Below the pieces are notes generated by a model, which saw only the letters and a list, made by a program, of their open reading frames with translations, did no database searches and was not told the origin of the DNA. Both the position numbers and the translations under genes were made by a program. This document shows, in pieces, positions 1-7,684 of a stretch of 32,000 bases of DNA (its first letter is position 1; every line of letters starts with the position of its first letter). This stretch comes from Acinetobacter marinus (GTDB lineage: Bacteria; Pseudomonadota; Gammaproteobacteria; Pseudomonadales; Moraxellaceae): NCBI RefSeq assembly GCF_900096915.1, contig NZ_FMYK01000002.1, positions 32,808 through 64,807 of the forward strand. Reading direction: 5' to 3'.

Positions 1-1
1 C

Positions 2-1132
2 GGTCTAGTCGGATATTTTGGCTATGACTCGGTGCGCTATATCGAGCCAAAATTAACCAATGTCCCTGAAGCTGATCCTGTGGGCTTGCCAGATATTTGG
101 ATGATGCTCTCAAAAACCGTGATCGTGTTTGATAATCTCAAAGACACCATGTTTTTGATCAGTCATGCCGATGCCAGCCAAGCCGATGGCTATGAAAAGG
201 CACAACAACGTCTTGATGAAATCGAAGCCTTGCTTGCGCAGCCTGTGAGTTTGGCGGCACAACCACACACTGCGCCACAATTCGAATCTTTAACGGGCAA
301 ACAAAAATTCTTAGACACCATCGAAACGGTGAAAGAATATATCCGTGCGGGAGATGTGATGCAGGTGGTGCCTGGGCATCGCATGGTCTCCAATTTTGAT
401 GGCGATGCGATTTCGGTCTATCGTGCGCTTCGTCACCTCAATCCATCGCCGTACTTATTCTTGGTACAAGGCTATACCCTACACGATCAAAAGCCGTTTC
501 ATATTGTTGGCTCATCACCTGAGATTTTGTGCCGTTTAGAAGATGGTGTGGCAACGGTGCGCCCGTTGGCAGGCACTCGTCCCCGTGGCAAAACTCATGA
601 AGAAGATTTGGTTTTAGAAAAAGACTTGCTTGCCGATGAAAAAGAAATTGCTGAACATCTGATGCTCATCGATCTCGGGCGCAATGATATTGGTCGTGTC
701 TCGAAAATTGGCAAAGTACAAGTCACTGATCAGATGGTGATTGAGCGCTATTCCCATGTCATGCACATCGTCTCGAATGTGCAAGGTGAAGTGTTGGATG
801 ATGTTGATGCGCTAGACGTATTAAAAGCGACTTTCCCTGCAGGAACGCTGTCAGGTGCGCCAAAGATTCGTGCCATGGAAATCATTGATGAAGTCGAACC
901 TGTCAAACGTGGCGTATTCGGCGGGGCAGTTGGTTATCTTGGATGGCATGGTGAGATGGATATGTCGATTGCGATTCGGACGGGGATTATCCGAGAAGGC
1001 AAAGTCTATGTCCAAGCAGGCGCAGGTTTGGTGGCGGACTCTAATCCTGAATCGGAATGGAATGAAACCCAAATTAAAGCACGTGCAGTGATCAAAGCGG
1101 TTGAATTATCGTCAAATGGTTTGATTTTATAG
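2..1132 (+). CDS. trpE: Anthranilate synthase component I, C-terminal part (5' end outside the window)
   Basis: The frame is open from the window edge (GLVGYFGYDS precedes the listed ORF start). Chorismate-binding motifs are present: LMLIDLGRNDIGRV, FPAGTLSGAPKIRAMEII, GGAVGYLGWHGEMDMSIAIRT. Confidence 0.9.
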   Translation, partial: GLVGYFGYDSVRYIEPKLTNVPEADPVGLPDIWMMLSKTVIVFDNLKDTMFLISHADASQADGYEKAQQRLDEIEALLAQPVSLAAQPHTAPQFESLTGKQKFLDTIETVKEYIRAGDVMQVVPGHRMVSNFDGDAISVYRALRHLNPSPYLFLVQGYTLHDQKPFHIVGSSPEILCRLEDGVATVRPLAGTRPRGKTHEEDLVLEKDLLADEKEIAEHLMLIDLGRNDIGRVSKIGKVQVTDQMVIERYSHVMHIVSNVQGEVLDDVDALDVLKATFPAGTLSGAPKIRAMEIIDEVEPVKRGVFGGAVGYLGWHGEMDMSIAIRTGIIREGKVYVQAGAGLVADSNPESEWNETQIKARAVIKAVELSSNGLIL

Positions 1133-1162
1133 GAATTCATAGCATTTCAGTAAAAAAAGCAC

Positions 1163-1190
1163 TTGCATCGTTTGAAAGTTTTGCTAAACT
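1163..1190 (+). promoter_or_regulatory. Candidate sigma-70 promoter of the tRNA-tuf operon (TTGCAT-16 nt-TAAACT)
   Basis: The hexamers were read directly and lie about 55 nt upstream of the first tRNA. There is no experimental support. Confidence 0.3.
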
Positions 1191-1244
1191 GCACACCGTT
1201 CTGATGCGAAACGTCATTGATGAAATGATGTGAAATATCGAAAA

Positions 1245-1320
<76 letters not shown>

Positions 1321-1395
1321 TTTTTAAGAATGATTGAATATTTTTAAAATATGGTAAGATAGCAGAAGTAACGAGCTCTAATAAGAGTGAAAAAA

Positions 1396-1479
1396 GGTGA
1401 GGTTCCCGAGCGGTCAAAGGGAGCAGACTGTAACTCTGCCACGAAAGTTTCGAAGGTTCGAATCCTTCCCTCACCACCA
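1396..1479 (+). tRNA. tyrU: tRNA-Tyr (anticodon GTA), long variable arm
   Basis: 84 nt: GGTGAGG...CCTCACC acceptor, anticodon loop CTGTAAC, GGTTCGAATCC T-arm, CCA. Confidence 0.93.
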
Positions 1480-1542
1480 TTTTTCAACTTCGATTGAGTG
1501 CTGACTTCAAGTATTTAAAGAATATTGAAGCAACCAACATCT

Positions 1543-1618
1543 GCGGGAGTAGCTCAGTTGGTAGAGCGGCAGCCTTCCAAGCTGCATGTCGCGAGTTCGA
1601 CCCTCGTCTCCCGCTCCA
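1543..1618 (+). tRNA. glyT: tRNA-Gly (anticodon TCC)
   Basis: 76 nt: GCGGGAG...CTCCCGC acceptor, anticodon loop CTTCCAA, CCA end. Confidence 0.93.
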
Positions 1619-1662
1619 TTCGAAGAGCATTGAAAACTGAATAACTACATCACGTAGTGATT

Positions 1663-1737
<75 letters not shown>

Positions 1738-1958
1738 GATTTGATTTAAATTACCAGTGTGTCAATATTCACACAGTAATCAAAACATAGAATTTTATCT
1801 CAAAGCAGGCTATTTAGTCTGCTTTTAAAGTATTAGGCGTTCAGTTTTTTAAATTTTTAAGACCTGAACATATTTCAGTCGATAGCTGAAAGATTGTTAT
1901 TTTACCAAATAGCAATACATCAGGATCGAGAGTCTCGACGTAAGCGAGGAGTATCATC

Positions 1959-3149
1959 ATGGCTAAGGCTAAGTTTGAACGTAATAAACCACACGTAAAC
2001 GTGGGCACGATCGGTCACGTTGACCATGGTAAAACAACTTTGACAGCAGCGATTGCAACAATCTGTGCTAAAACCTACGGTGGTGAAGCAAAAGACTACG
2101 CAGCAATCGACTCTGCACCAGAAGAAAAAGCACGTGGTATTACCATTAATACTTCACACGTAGAATACGATTCTCCTACACGTCACTACGCACACGTAGA
2201 CTGCCCAGGACACGCCGATTATGTGAAAAACATGATTACTGGTGCTGCGCAAATGGACGGTGCGATTCTTGTATGTGCTGCGACTGATGGTCCAATGCCA
2301 CAAACACGTGAACACATCCTATTGTCTCGTCAGGTTGGTGTACCATACATCCTTGTATTCTTGAACAAGTGTGACCTTGTTGATGATGAAGAATTGCTTG
2401 AACTCGTAGAAATGGAAGTACGTGAACTTCTTTCTTCTTATGACTTCCCTGGTGATGACACACCTGTTATCCGTGGTTCTGCATTGAAAGCGCTTGAAGG
2501 TGATGCGGGTCAATACGGCGAATCTGCTGTACTTGCATTGGTTGAAGCGCTTGATTCTTATATCCCAGAACCAGAGCGTGCAATTGACAAAGACTTCTTG
2601 ATGCCGATTGAAGATGTATTCTCGATTTCTGGTCGTGGTACAGTTGTTACTGGTCGTGTAGAAACTGGTATTGTTAAAGTTGGTGAAGAAGTTGAAATCG
2701 TTGGTATCAAAGATACAGCGAAAACGACTGTAACTGGCGTTGAAATGTTCCGTAAATTGCTTGACGAAGGTCGTGCAGGCGAGAACTGTGGTGTACTTCT
2801 ACGTGGTACAAAACGTGAAGAAGTACAACGTGGTCAAGTATTGGCGAAGCCAGGTACAATCAAACCGCACACTAAATTCGACGCAGAAGTATATGTACTT
2901 TCTAAAGAAGAAGGTGGTCGTCATACACCATTCCTTAACGGTTACCGTCCACAATTCTATTTCCGTACAACCGACGTCACTGGTGCGATCCAATTGCAAG
3001 ACGGCGTTGAAATGGTTATGCCAGGTGACAACGTAGAAATGTCAGTAGAATTGATCCACCCAATTGCGATGGATCCAGGTCTACGTTTTGCGATCCGTGA
3101 AGGTGGTCGTACAGTAGGTGCTGGTGTTGTTGCGAAAGTAACTGCATAA
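1959..3149 (+). CDS. tuf: Translation elongation factor Tu
   Basis: 396 aa with [14 protein letters not shown] and NKCD GTPase motifs. AGGAG-type RBS (gcgaggag) lies upstream. The position after the thr-tyr-gly-thr tRNAs matches the tufB context. Confidence 0.98.
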   Translation: MAKAKFERNKPHVNVGTIGHVDHGKTTLTAAIATICAKTYGGEAKDYAAIDSAPEEKARGITINTSHVEYDSPTRHYAHVDCPGHADYVKNMITGAAQMDGAILVCAATDGPMPQTREHILLSRQVGVPYILVFLNKCDLVDDEELLELVEMEVRELLSSYDFPGDDTPVIRGSALKALEGDAGQYGESAVLALVEALDSYIPEPERAIDKDFLMPIEDVFSISGRGTVVTGRVETGIVKVGEEVEIVGIKDTAKTTVTGVEMFRKLLDEGRAGENCGVLLRGTKREEVQRGQVLAKPGTIKPHTKFDAEVYVLSKEEGGRHTPFLNGYRPQFYFRTTDVTGAIQLQDGVEMVMPGDNVEMSVELIHPIAMDPGLRFAIREGGRTVGAGVVAKVTA

Positions 3150-3212
3150 GCTACGCTGAAGTCGGTATAATAAAATTTATCAGGTCGGGAATGCGTTTCC
3201 GATCTGTATCAC

Positions 3213-3288
3213 AGGTCAGTAGTTCAATTGGTAGAGCGTCGGTCTCCAAAACCGAATGTTGGGGGTTCGAGTCCCTCCTGACCTGCCA
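3213..3288 (+). tRNA. trpT: tRNA-Trp (anticodon CCA)
   Basis: 76 nt: AGGTCAG...CTGACCT acceptor, anticodon loop CTCCAAA, GGTTCGAGTCC T-arm, CCA. Confidence 0.93.
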
Positions 3289-3398
3289 AATATAATGCTA
3301 AATAATTGATTTGAATAAATACTGATAATTTTTTATTTTTATAACCCTCATCATTACCCACATAAAAATTTGGATAGAATCAGATCAAATAGATTTGT

Positions 3399-3617
3399 TT
3401 AGGACTTTGGTCTAGTGCATTTGGTATCTCTTGTTAAATTGAGTTTCCCAGCTCCAGCTTGCAAGTTGGAATATCTGGCATTCTGCTCGGGTTGTAAATC
3501 TTGTATTTTATTTTCTACAGTTAAATTCTGAACTTGATCGGTCGGAAGCACAATGCTAGCCCATCTTGATTCCTTCCAATAATTTAATATCTGTTGCACT
3601 TCATTTGAGAATCTAAG
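3399..3617 (-). mobile_element. Decayed IS30-family left-end remnant (inverted copy of 4447-4640)
   Basis: 3534-3617 is the reverse complement of 4447-4530 (80/84 identical by manual alignment). Weaker similarity continues leftward into a degenerate copy of the transposase N-terminus (NLTVENKIQDL versus HLTLEERYQIY). Confidence 0.45.
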
Positions 3618-3633
3618 CGATTAAAAATATCAA

Positions 3634-4446
3634 TTACTGTGGTTTTTTATCGAGAATATAAGGTTGTAGCGCCTCTCGAACACGTGTTTGAATTAATTGC
3701 CAATCTTTTAAATTTACTCGTTTATAAATTACAATTGCTCTTGCTCTTGCTTTTAGCTCTGGTAAAAATAAGAACCGTTGCTCACACCCTCCTCCAAATT
3801 TATTACTATGACAATACATGATTGTAATTACATTACCATTTTCATCCTTATATACATAAAGATCTCTATTCATACCATGTCTTGATGGATTATCCAGTTT
3901 ATACTCCTGTAAGCCATAAATTTCTTTGCCTGTAGGATGATAGGCAGTAGAGCTATTTTTAGGGGCACTCATAATATTGTCCCAAGTAATATCCATACTC
4001 CCCCCCCCATAGCGCTTACCACTTTCAATACCAACACTTAACCATTTACTATCTGGTCGGTCATGTTCTGCCTGATATTGAATTTTTGAAGTTTGTGGTG
4101 CTTTATAATATCCCTCTAATAACATACCATCGCTATAGCGCATCTCAAAAGCCATCGATTTAATAATAGAATCGTAGGTTCGAGGGTGTTTTTCGTATTC
4201 TAGTCTTTCTTCTTTTGTCCCTCCCCATGTATCGGGAGAGTCGTTATACTCCCATACAATAAATATGGTTGAAGGCAACTTTACTGGTTTGCCACCTAAG
4301 TTACCTGCCCAATAAGGTAAACCATATTGGTCTTTCGGGCGTTCAAACGCTGGAGCTTGTTGCTCGGATTCAGAATGTGGTTGGCAAGCAGCCAATAATA
4401 GAAGACTGGTTGCCAATAATACGAGTTTTAGGCTTGTTTTATTCAT
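3634..4446 (-). CDS. Hypothetical lipoprotein (270 aa), family not recognised
   Basis: Lipobox signal peptide MNKTSLKLVLLATSLLLLAAC-QP. Long intact ORF whose start codon abuts the right repeat arm (4447) and whose stop lies 16 nt from the left arm (3617). Contains a G9 tract at 4000-4008. Confidence 0.7.
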   Translation of the reverse strand: MNKTSLKLVLLATSLLLLAACQPHSESEQQAPAFERPKDQYGLPYWAGNLGGKPVKLPSTIFIVWEYNDSPDTWGGTKEERLEYEKHPRTYDSIIKSMAFEMRYSDGMLLEGYYKAPQTSKIQYQAEHDRPDSKWLSVGIESGKRYGGGSMDITWDNIMSAPKNSSTAYHPTGKEIYGLQEYKLDNPSRHGMNRDLYVYKDENGNVITIMYCHSNKFGGGCEQRFLFLPELKARARAIVIYKRVNLKDWQLIQTRVREALQPYILDKKPQ

Positions 4447-4640
4447 CTTAGATTCTCAAATGAAGTGCAACAGAGATTAAATTATTGGAAGGAAGCAAGA
4501 TGAGCTAGCATTGTGCTTCCGACCGACCAAAGTCAAAATTGCATTCATGAACTATACTCATCTCACTCTTGAAGAAAGATATCAGATTTATGTTTTGTTA
4601 CGTGAAGGTTTTTCTAAGCGTCATATTGCCTCGTTTCACT
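4447..4640 (+). mobile_element. Truncated IS30-family element, left end (terminal repeat plus first ~30 codons of the transposase)
   Basis: The terminal motif CAAATGAAGTGCAACAG (4457-4473) resembles, from memory, IS30/ISAba125-type inverted repeats. It is followed by a transposase HTH fragment. Confidence 0.55.
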
Positions 4641-4696
4641 GCTGTGCGGTGGGAATCTTGCAAAATATATTTTTCATGGTTGATGTGTGGATTTGA
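4547..4696 (+). pseudogene. IS30-family transposase, N-terminal HTH fragment only
   Basis: MNYTHLTLEERYQIYVLLREGFSKRHIA matches the conserved N-terminal HTH of IS30-family transposases. Similarity is lost after about 30 aa, with a stop at 61 aa and no DDE domain. Confidence 0.6.
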
Positions 4697-4846
4697 GTGG
4701 AGATTCGTTAGGAATAGGCTATCGATAGTCTGGCATTTCGACTGTGTTTTCTTATTTTGATTCGAGTCTTTACCAGCTTGTTTAATAGGTTTCAAAGATC
4801 TGATTTATTTAAAATTCTTATTTTTTGGCATTGCCATCCTAAAATG

Positions 4847-4879
4847 AAAAAAGCCCATATCAATAGATATGGGCTTTTT
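4847..4879 (-). terminator. Rho-independent terminator, presumed original terminator of the tRNA-Glu operon
   Basis: Stem AGCCCATAT/ATATGGGCT with a 6-nt loop, flanked by A and T runs. It lies directly 3' (minus strand) of the tRNA-Glu 3' fragment. Confidence 0.7.
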
Positions 4880-4931
4880 AGAATTTGGCGTCCCTACGGG
4901 GATTCGAACCCCGGTTACCGCCGTGAAAGGG
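4880..4931 (-). repeat. attL: displaced 3' 46 nt of tRNA-Glu plus 6 nt downstream; direct repeat of 12457-12508
   Basis: agaatt+TGGCGTCCCTACGGGGATTCGAACCCCGGTTACCGCCGTGAAAGGG is identical at both sites. Sequence diverges after the core (ggcgtgatcg versus cgatgtcct). Confidence 0.9.
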
Positions 4932-4946
4932 GCGTGATCGAGTTGC

Positions 4947-5801
4947 TTAATAGTTTTGTAAACTTTTGTAATTTTGCGTTAAAATTGGCAGGGCGTTTAA
5001 ACATTCGTGCAAATTATCAGGCGCTAAGTGCGCATAGCATTGTGTTATGCGTGTATCTGAATGCCCCAGCAATTGTGAAACGTGGTAAAGCGGTACACCC
5101 TGTTTTATTAGAAAACTTGCAAAAGTGTGGCGTAAGTCATGGATTCTAACTTTGCCAATATCGGCACGTTCAACAGCACTAGAGAATCGTTTATAGAATG
5201 TTCTATAGTGATCATCGGTTTTTTCATTGTAAAACACCCATTTTTTGTGGTTTCTCATTCTGAGTAGGGCAGTAATTGCAGAATCATTTAGCGGTTTATA
5301 AACAGTCTTTTCATTCTTAGAAAGTGAATTTCTAACTATTAAATAACGATCATTTAAATAGACATTGTCCCAAGTCAATTTAAGCAGCTCACCCGACCTA
5401 CACCCTGTATTCAATAGCAGCAATATATAATCATGTAGGTAAAAATTACCGAATCGTTTTGACTCAGTGAGAAGTTTTGAACATTCCGAAGCATTCAAAA
5501 ATCGTGGGATGTAATCATCTTCAAAAAGTCGAAATCCATTAAATCTGTTTTTAAAATTCGCATCGTCTTTGTGTTTTAAGTAGTAATTGAATGCCGAGCG
5601 AATAACATTTAATTCCCGATTGATTGTACTATTCTTTACCCCAGAAGATCGGCGATACAATACATATTGATGCAAGATTTCAATTGTGATTTCATCGAAT
5701 TGATAAAAATATTCCAAGTGTTTAAATTTTTCTAAGTATTCATGATCAGATTCAAACAAGCCATTAATTGCATAAAATTTCAGAATTTTTTTAATATCCA
5801 T
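4947..5801 (-). CDS. int: Tyrosine recombinase / phage integrase (284 aa)
   Basis: Catalytic signature is present: TGCRSGE (Arg), HDLRHTFAS (H-x-x-R), LLGHSD (His), TQCYAHL (Tyr). The stop lies 15 nt from the att core. Confidence 0.88.
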   Translation of the reverse strand: MDIKKILKFYAINGLFESDHEYLEKFKHLEYFYQFDEITIEILHQYVLYRRSSGVKNSTINRELNVIRSAFNYYLKHKDDANFKNRFNGFRLFEDDYIPRFLNASECSKLLTESKRFGNFYLHDYILLLLNTGCRSGELLKLTWDNVYLNDRYLIVRNSLSKNEKTVYKPLNDSAITALLRMRNHKKWVFYNEKTDDHYRTFYKRFSSAVERADIGKVRIHDLRHTFASFLIKQGVPLYHVSQLLGHSDTRITQCYAHLAPDNLHECLNALPILTQNYKSLQNY

Positions 5802-6122
5802 AATATAAGCCTTTGTTAATATTGAATTTTATTTGTAGCAAAAAGCAAAAGCAAAAGCAAAAGCGGAATTCAGCGAGGGTGTATGGGCGAAAATTTTGCA
5901 CGTCACTCGTAGACACTCGTTAAAGAATATATTCGAGTGAGCAGGGGCGTGATGATGGCGAATCGACAAACTCGCTTTGTTAGCGAGCTTGTGAAAATCA
6001 AAGATTTTCAAGTTAACTTTGAAATTTAGTGTTCTATAAAAACGACATATGTAACAAGCAGGGCAAAAACCATGGAGGTTAAACAGTCAAGATAGCCGAT
6101 CCAATAATATATTTGTGCATAT

Positions 6123-7328
6123 TTATCCAAATCCATGATTTAACTCCCCTGTTTGTTGGGGTTGTGACCGTTGATATTCTTGCGTAATACGCTGATATTC
6201 TTGGAATTTTGCATATTCATTCAAAGAAATCTGCGCAGGATTTTGTTGACTAGATAGCGGACTATTGCCCGAATTATTGCTTTGAGCATAAGTAAAATTC
6301 TCATTTGAGTTAACTTGTTTGAATGGGTTAAACGGCTTGTCACCATTCATATATCGCTTGCAATCAGTTTGTGAAATGTCTAAACGTGTCGCTTGCTGTG
6401 AGTAGCATGTACATTTTTTATCGATGATTGCGCAACCTGATAATTGCGGTACTTGTTGTACTTGGTACTGGAAAGCTGTGTAGTCAATGTCATACGGTTT
6501 ATTAACATTGTATTTCATGAGTTGTTCACGGTTATACTCAAGTTGTTTATTAAAATCAGCCCTGCGTTGTTCTTCTGTGCGATCATCAAGTCCGCCAAAG
6601 CCTTGCGGTTCATTAATTGACACAGATGACGCTTGCGATTCAACAACTTTTTTACCGCTTGCGTGATCATAGTTATCTTTGATTTTGTGTGCAGATAAAA
6701 AAGGGTTATTTGAGCCAAAAACCATATATAAGATCAATGCAATGACAGCAAGCAAGAATCCGCCTAATTTCCAATATAAAACAGGTACTTTAAGTTTATG
6801 TGTGTCAATCGTCGTGGATTGATAATTATCGAATAATTTTGATTCAGGTTTAAATTTTTCGTGTGATTCTGCTTTATTTTTTGCACCCGTTGAGTCAGGA
6901 GAATGTGATGTATATCGCCATAAAAACACATCAGCATATGAACGACCATAGGCACGGTGCAAGTGATAATGCTCACCAACAAGGCTTAGAACATGGTTGT
7001 GCAAGAAGCTCGGCGATTGTGTAACAAGGATAATGTCATAGCCTTGATGACGATGAGTTTCTAAACCCTTTACACGTTGATCACTAGAGAGCTTTTCACG
7101 TCCTTTGTACTGTAAGAAATCAAATTGCTGGGCTTCATCATAGATAACAACGGATCCGTGAGGACAATCAGCCCAATCAAGAGATTCGGGGAGCTTTTGA
7201 ACGCCCTCATAGTCGAAATTGTCGATATTTGTATAGACTGGACGACCTTCTTTGACAAAGCGCATGGCATCGCTCACAGCTTTGGCAGTTTTAAATGAGC
7301 CGGGTTTGCCAGTATAGAGCTTAAGCAT
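6123..7328 (-). CDS. zot: Zot-family P-loop NTPase, filamentous-phage assembly protein (pI-like)
   Basis: N-terminal Walker A GKPGSFKT, IYDEAQ Walker-B-like motif, a central TM segment (GGFLLAVIALILYMVFG), and the expected position after the pVI-like gene. Confidence 0.85.
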   Translation of the reverse strand: MLKLYTGKPGSFKTAKAVSDAMRFVKEGRPVYTNIDNFDYEGVQKLPESLDWADCPHGSVVIYDEAQQFDFLQYKGREKLSSDQRVKGLETHRHQGYDIILVTQSPSFLHNHVLSLVGEHYHLHRAYGRSYADVFLWRYTSHSPDSTGAKNKAESHEKFKPESKLFDNYQSTTIDTHKLKVPVLYWKLGGFLLAVIALILYMVFGSNNPFLSAHKIKDNYDHASGKKVVESQASSVSINEPQGFGGLDDRTEEQRRADFNKQLEYNREQLMKYNVNKPYDIDYTAFQYQVQQVPQLSGCAIIDKKCTCYSQQATRLDISQTDCKRYMNGDKPFNPFKQVNSNENFTYAQSNNSGNSPLSSQQNPAQISLNEYAKFQEYQRITQEYQRSQPQQTGELNHGFG

Positions 7329-7402
7329 TTTTTATCCTCCAGCGCCCGCGCCATGCGTTACATGTGCGAGGAAGCGCACACGGTACGCACAGCGCAGGCG
7401 CA

Positions 7403-7684
7403 TCATGTGAGTTTCTTCAATGAAACAGAGCTAGCAACAATAGTTGCACGAGCAATTAAAGCGCCGATCACAATAGATATGGCAGTATCTACGCCCGAGA
7501 TTGAAAGCAAACCCAAATATGTTGGATCTACTGAATTTGATGCATTGATTGCTTTATTAATAAATGCGGTCAGTATTGATTGAATGATTGCGCTTGATAC
7601 AATTGCAACACCAGCGCCCAATAGCACTTTTTTAGCAAAATTGGATAAGAGCCAAGAACCGAGCATAAATAATAAACGTGGCAT
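7403..7684 (-). CDS. Small membrane protein, pVI-like minor coat protein (DUF2523-like)
   Basis: 93 aa with hydrophobic segments. Its start overlaps the stop of the pIII-like gene (TAATG). The position between the pIII-like gene and zot is as in inoviruses. Confidence 0.6.
   Translation of the reverse strand: MPRLLFMLGSWLLSNFAKKVLLGAGVAIVSSAIIQSILTAFINKAINASNSVDPTYLGLLSISGVDTAISIVIGALIARATIVASSVSLKKLT

Noticed and set aside
3181-3206. Imperfect hairpin (TCGGGAA..TTTCCGA) between tuf and tRNA-Trp as a terminator
   Set aside because: The stem is imperfect and has no T-run, and tRNA-Trp is probably co-transcribed with tuf. It is more likely a processing structure, if it is anything.
3399-3599. 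66-aa minus-strand ORF next to tRNA-Trp
   Set aside because: It is the degenerate mirror copy of the IS30 transposase 5' region (NLTVENKIQDL versus HLTLEERYQIY), so it is an IS relic and not a gene.
4757-5149. 130-aa plus-strand ORF spanning the tRNA-Glu fragment and the 3' end of int
   Set aside because: It reads through a pseudo-tRNA and is antisense to a well-supported integrase gene, with no RBS or family signal. It is relevant only as the frame that would extend the repressor in the excised phage.
5829-6011. 60-aa minus-strand ORF upstream of int
   Set aside because: Its C-terminus (AFAFAFAF) is just the translated GCAAAA hexamer repeat. There is no RBS or recognisable family, so the region is treated as noncoding.
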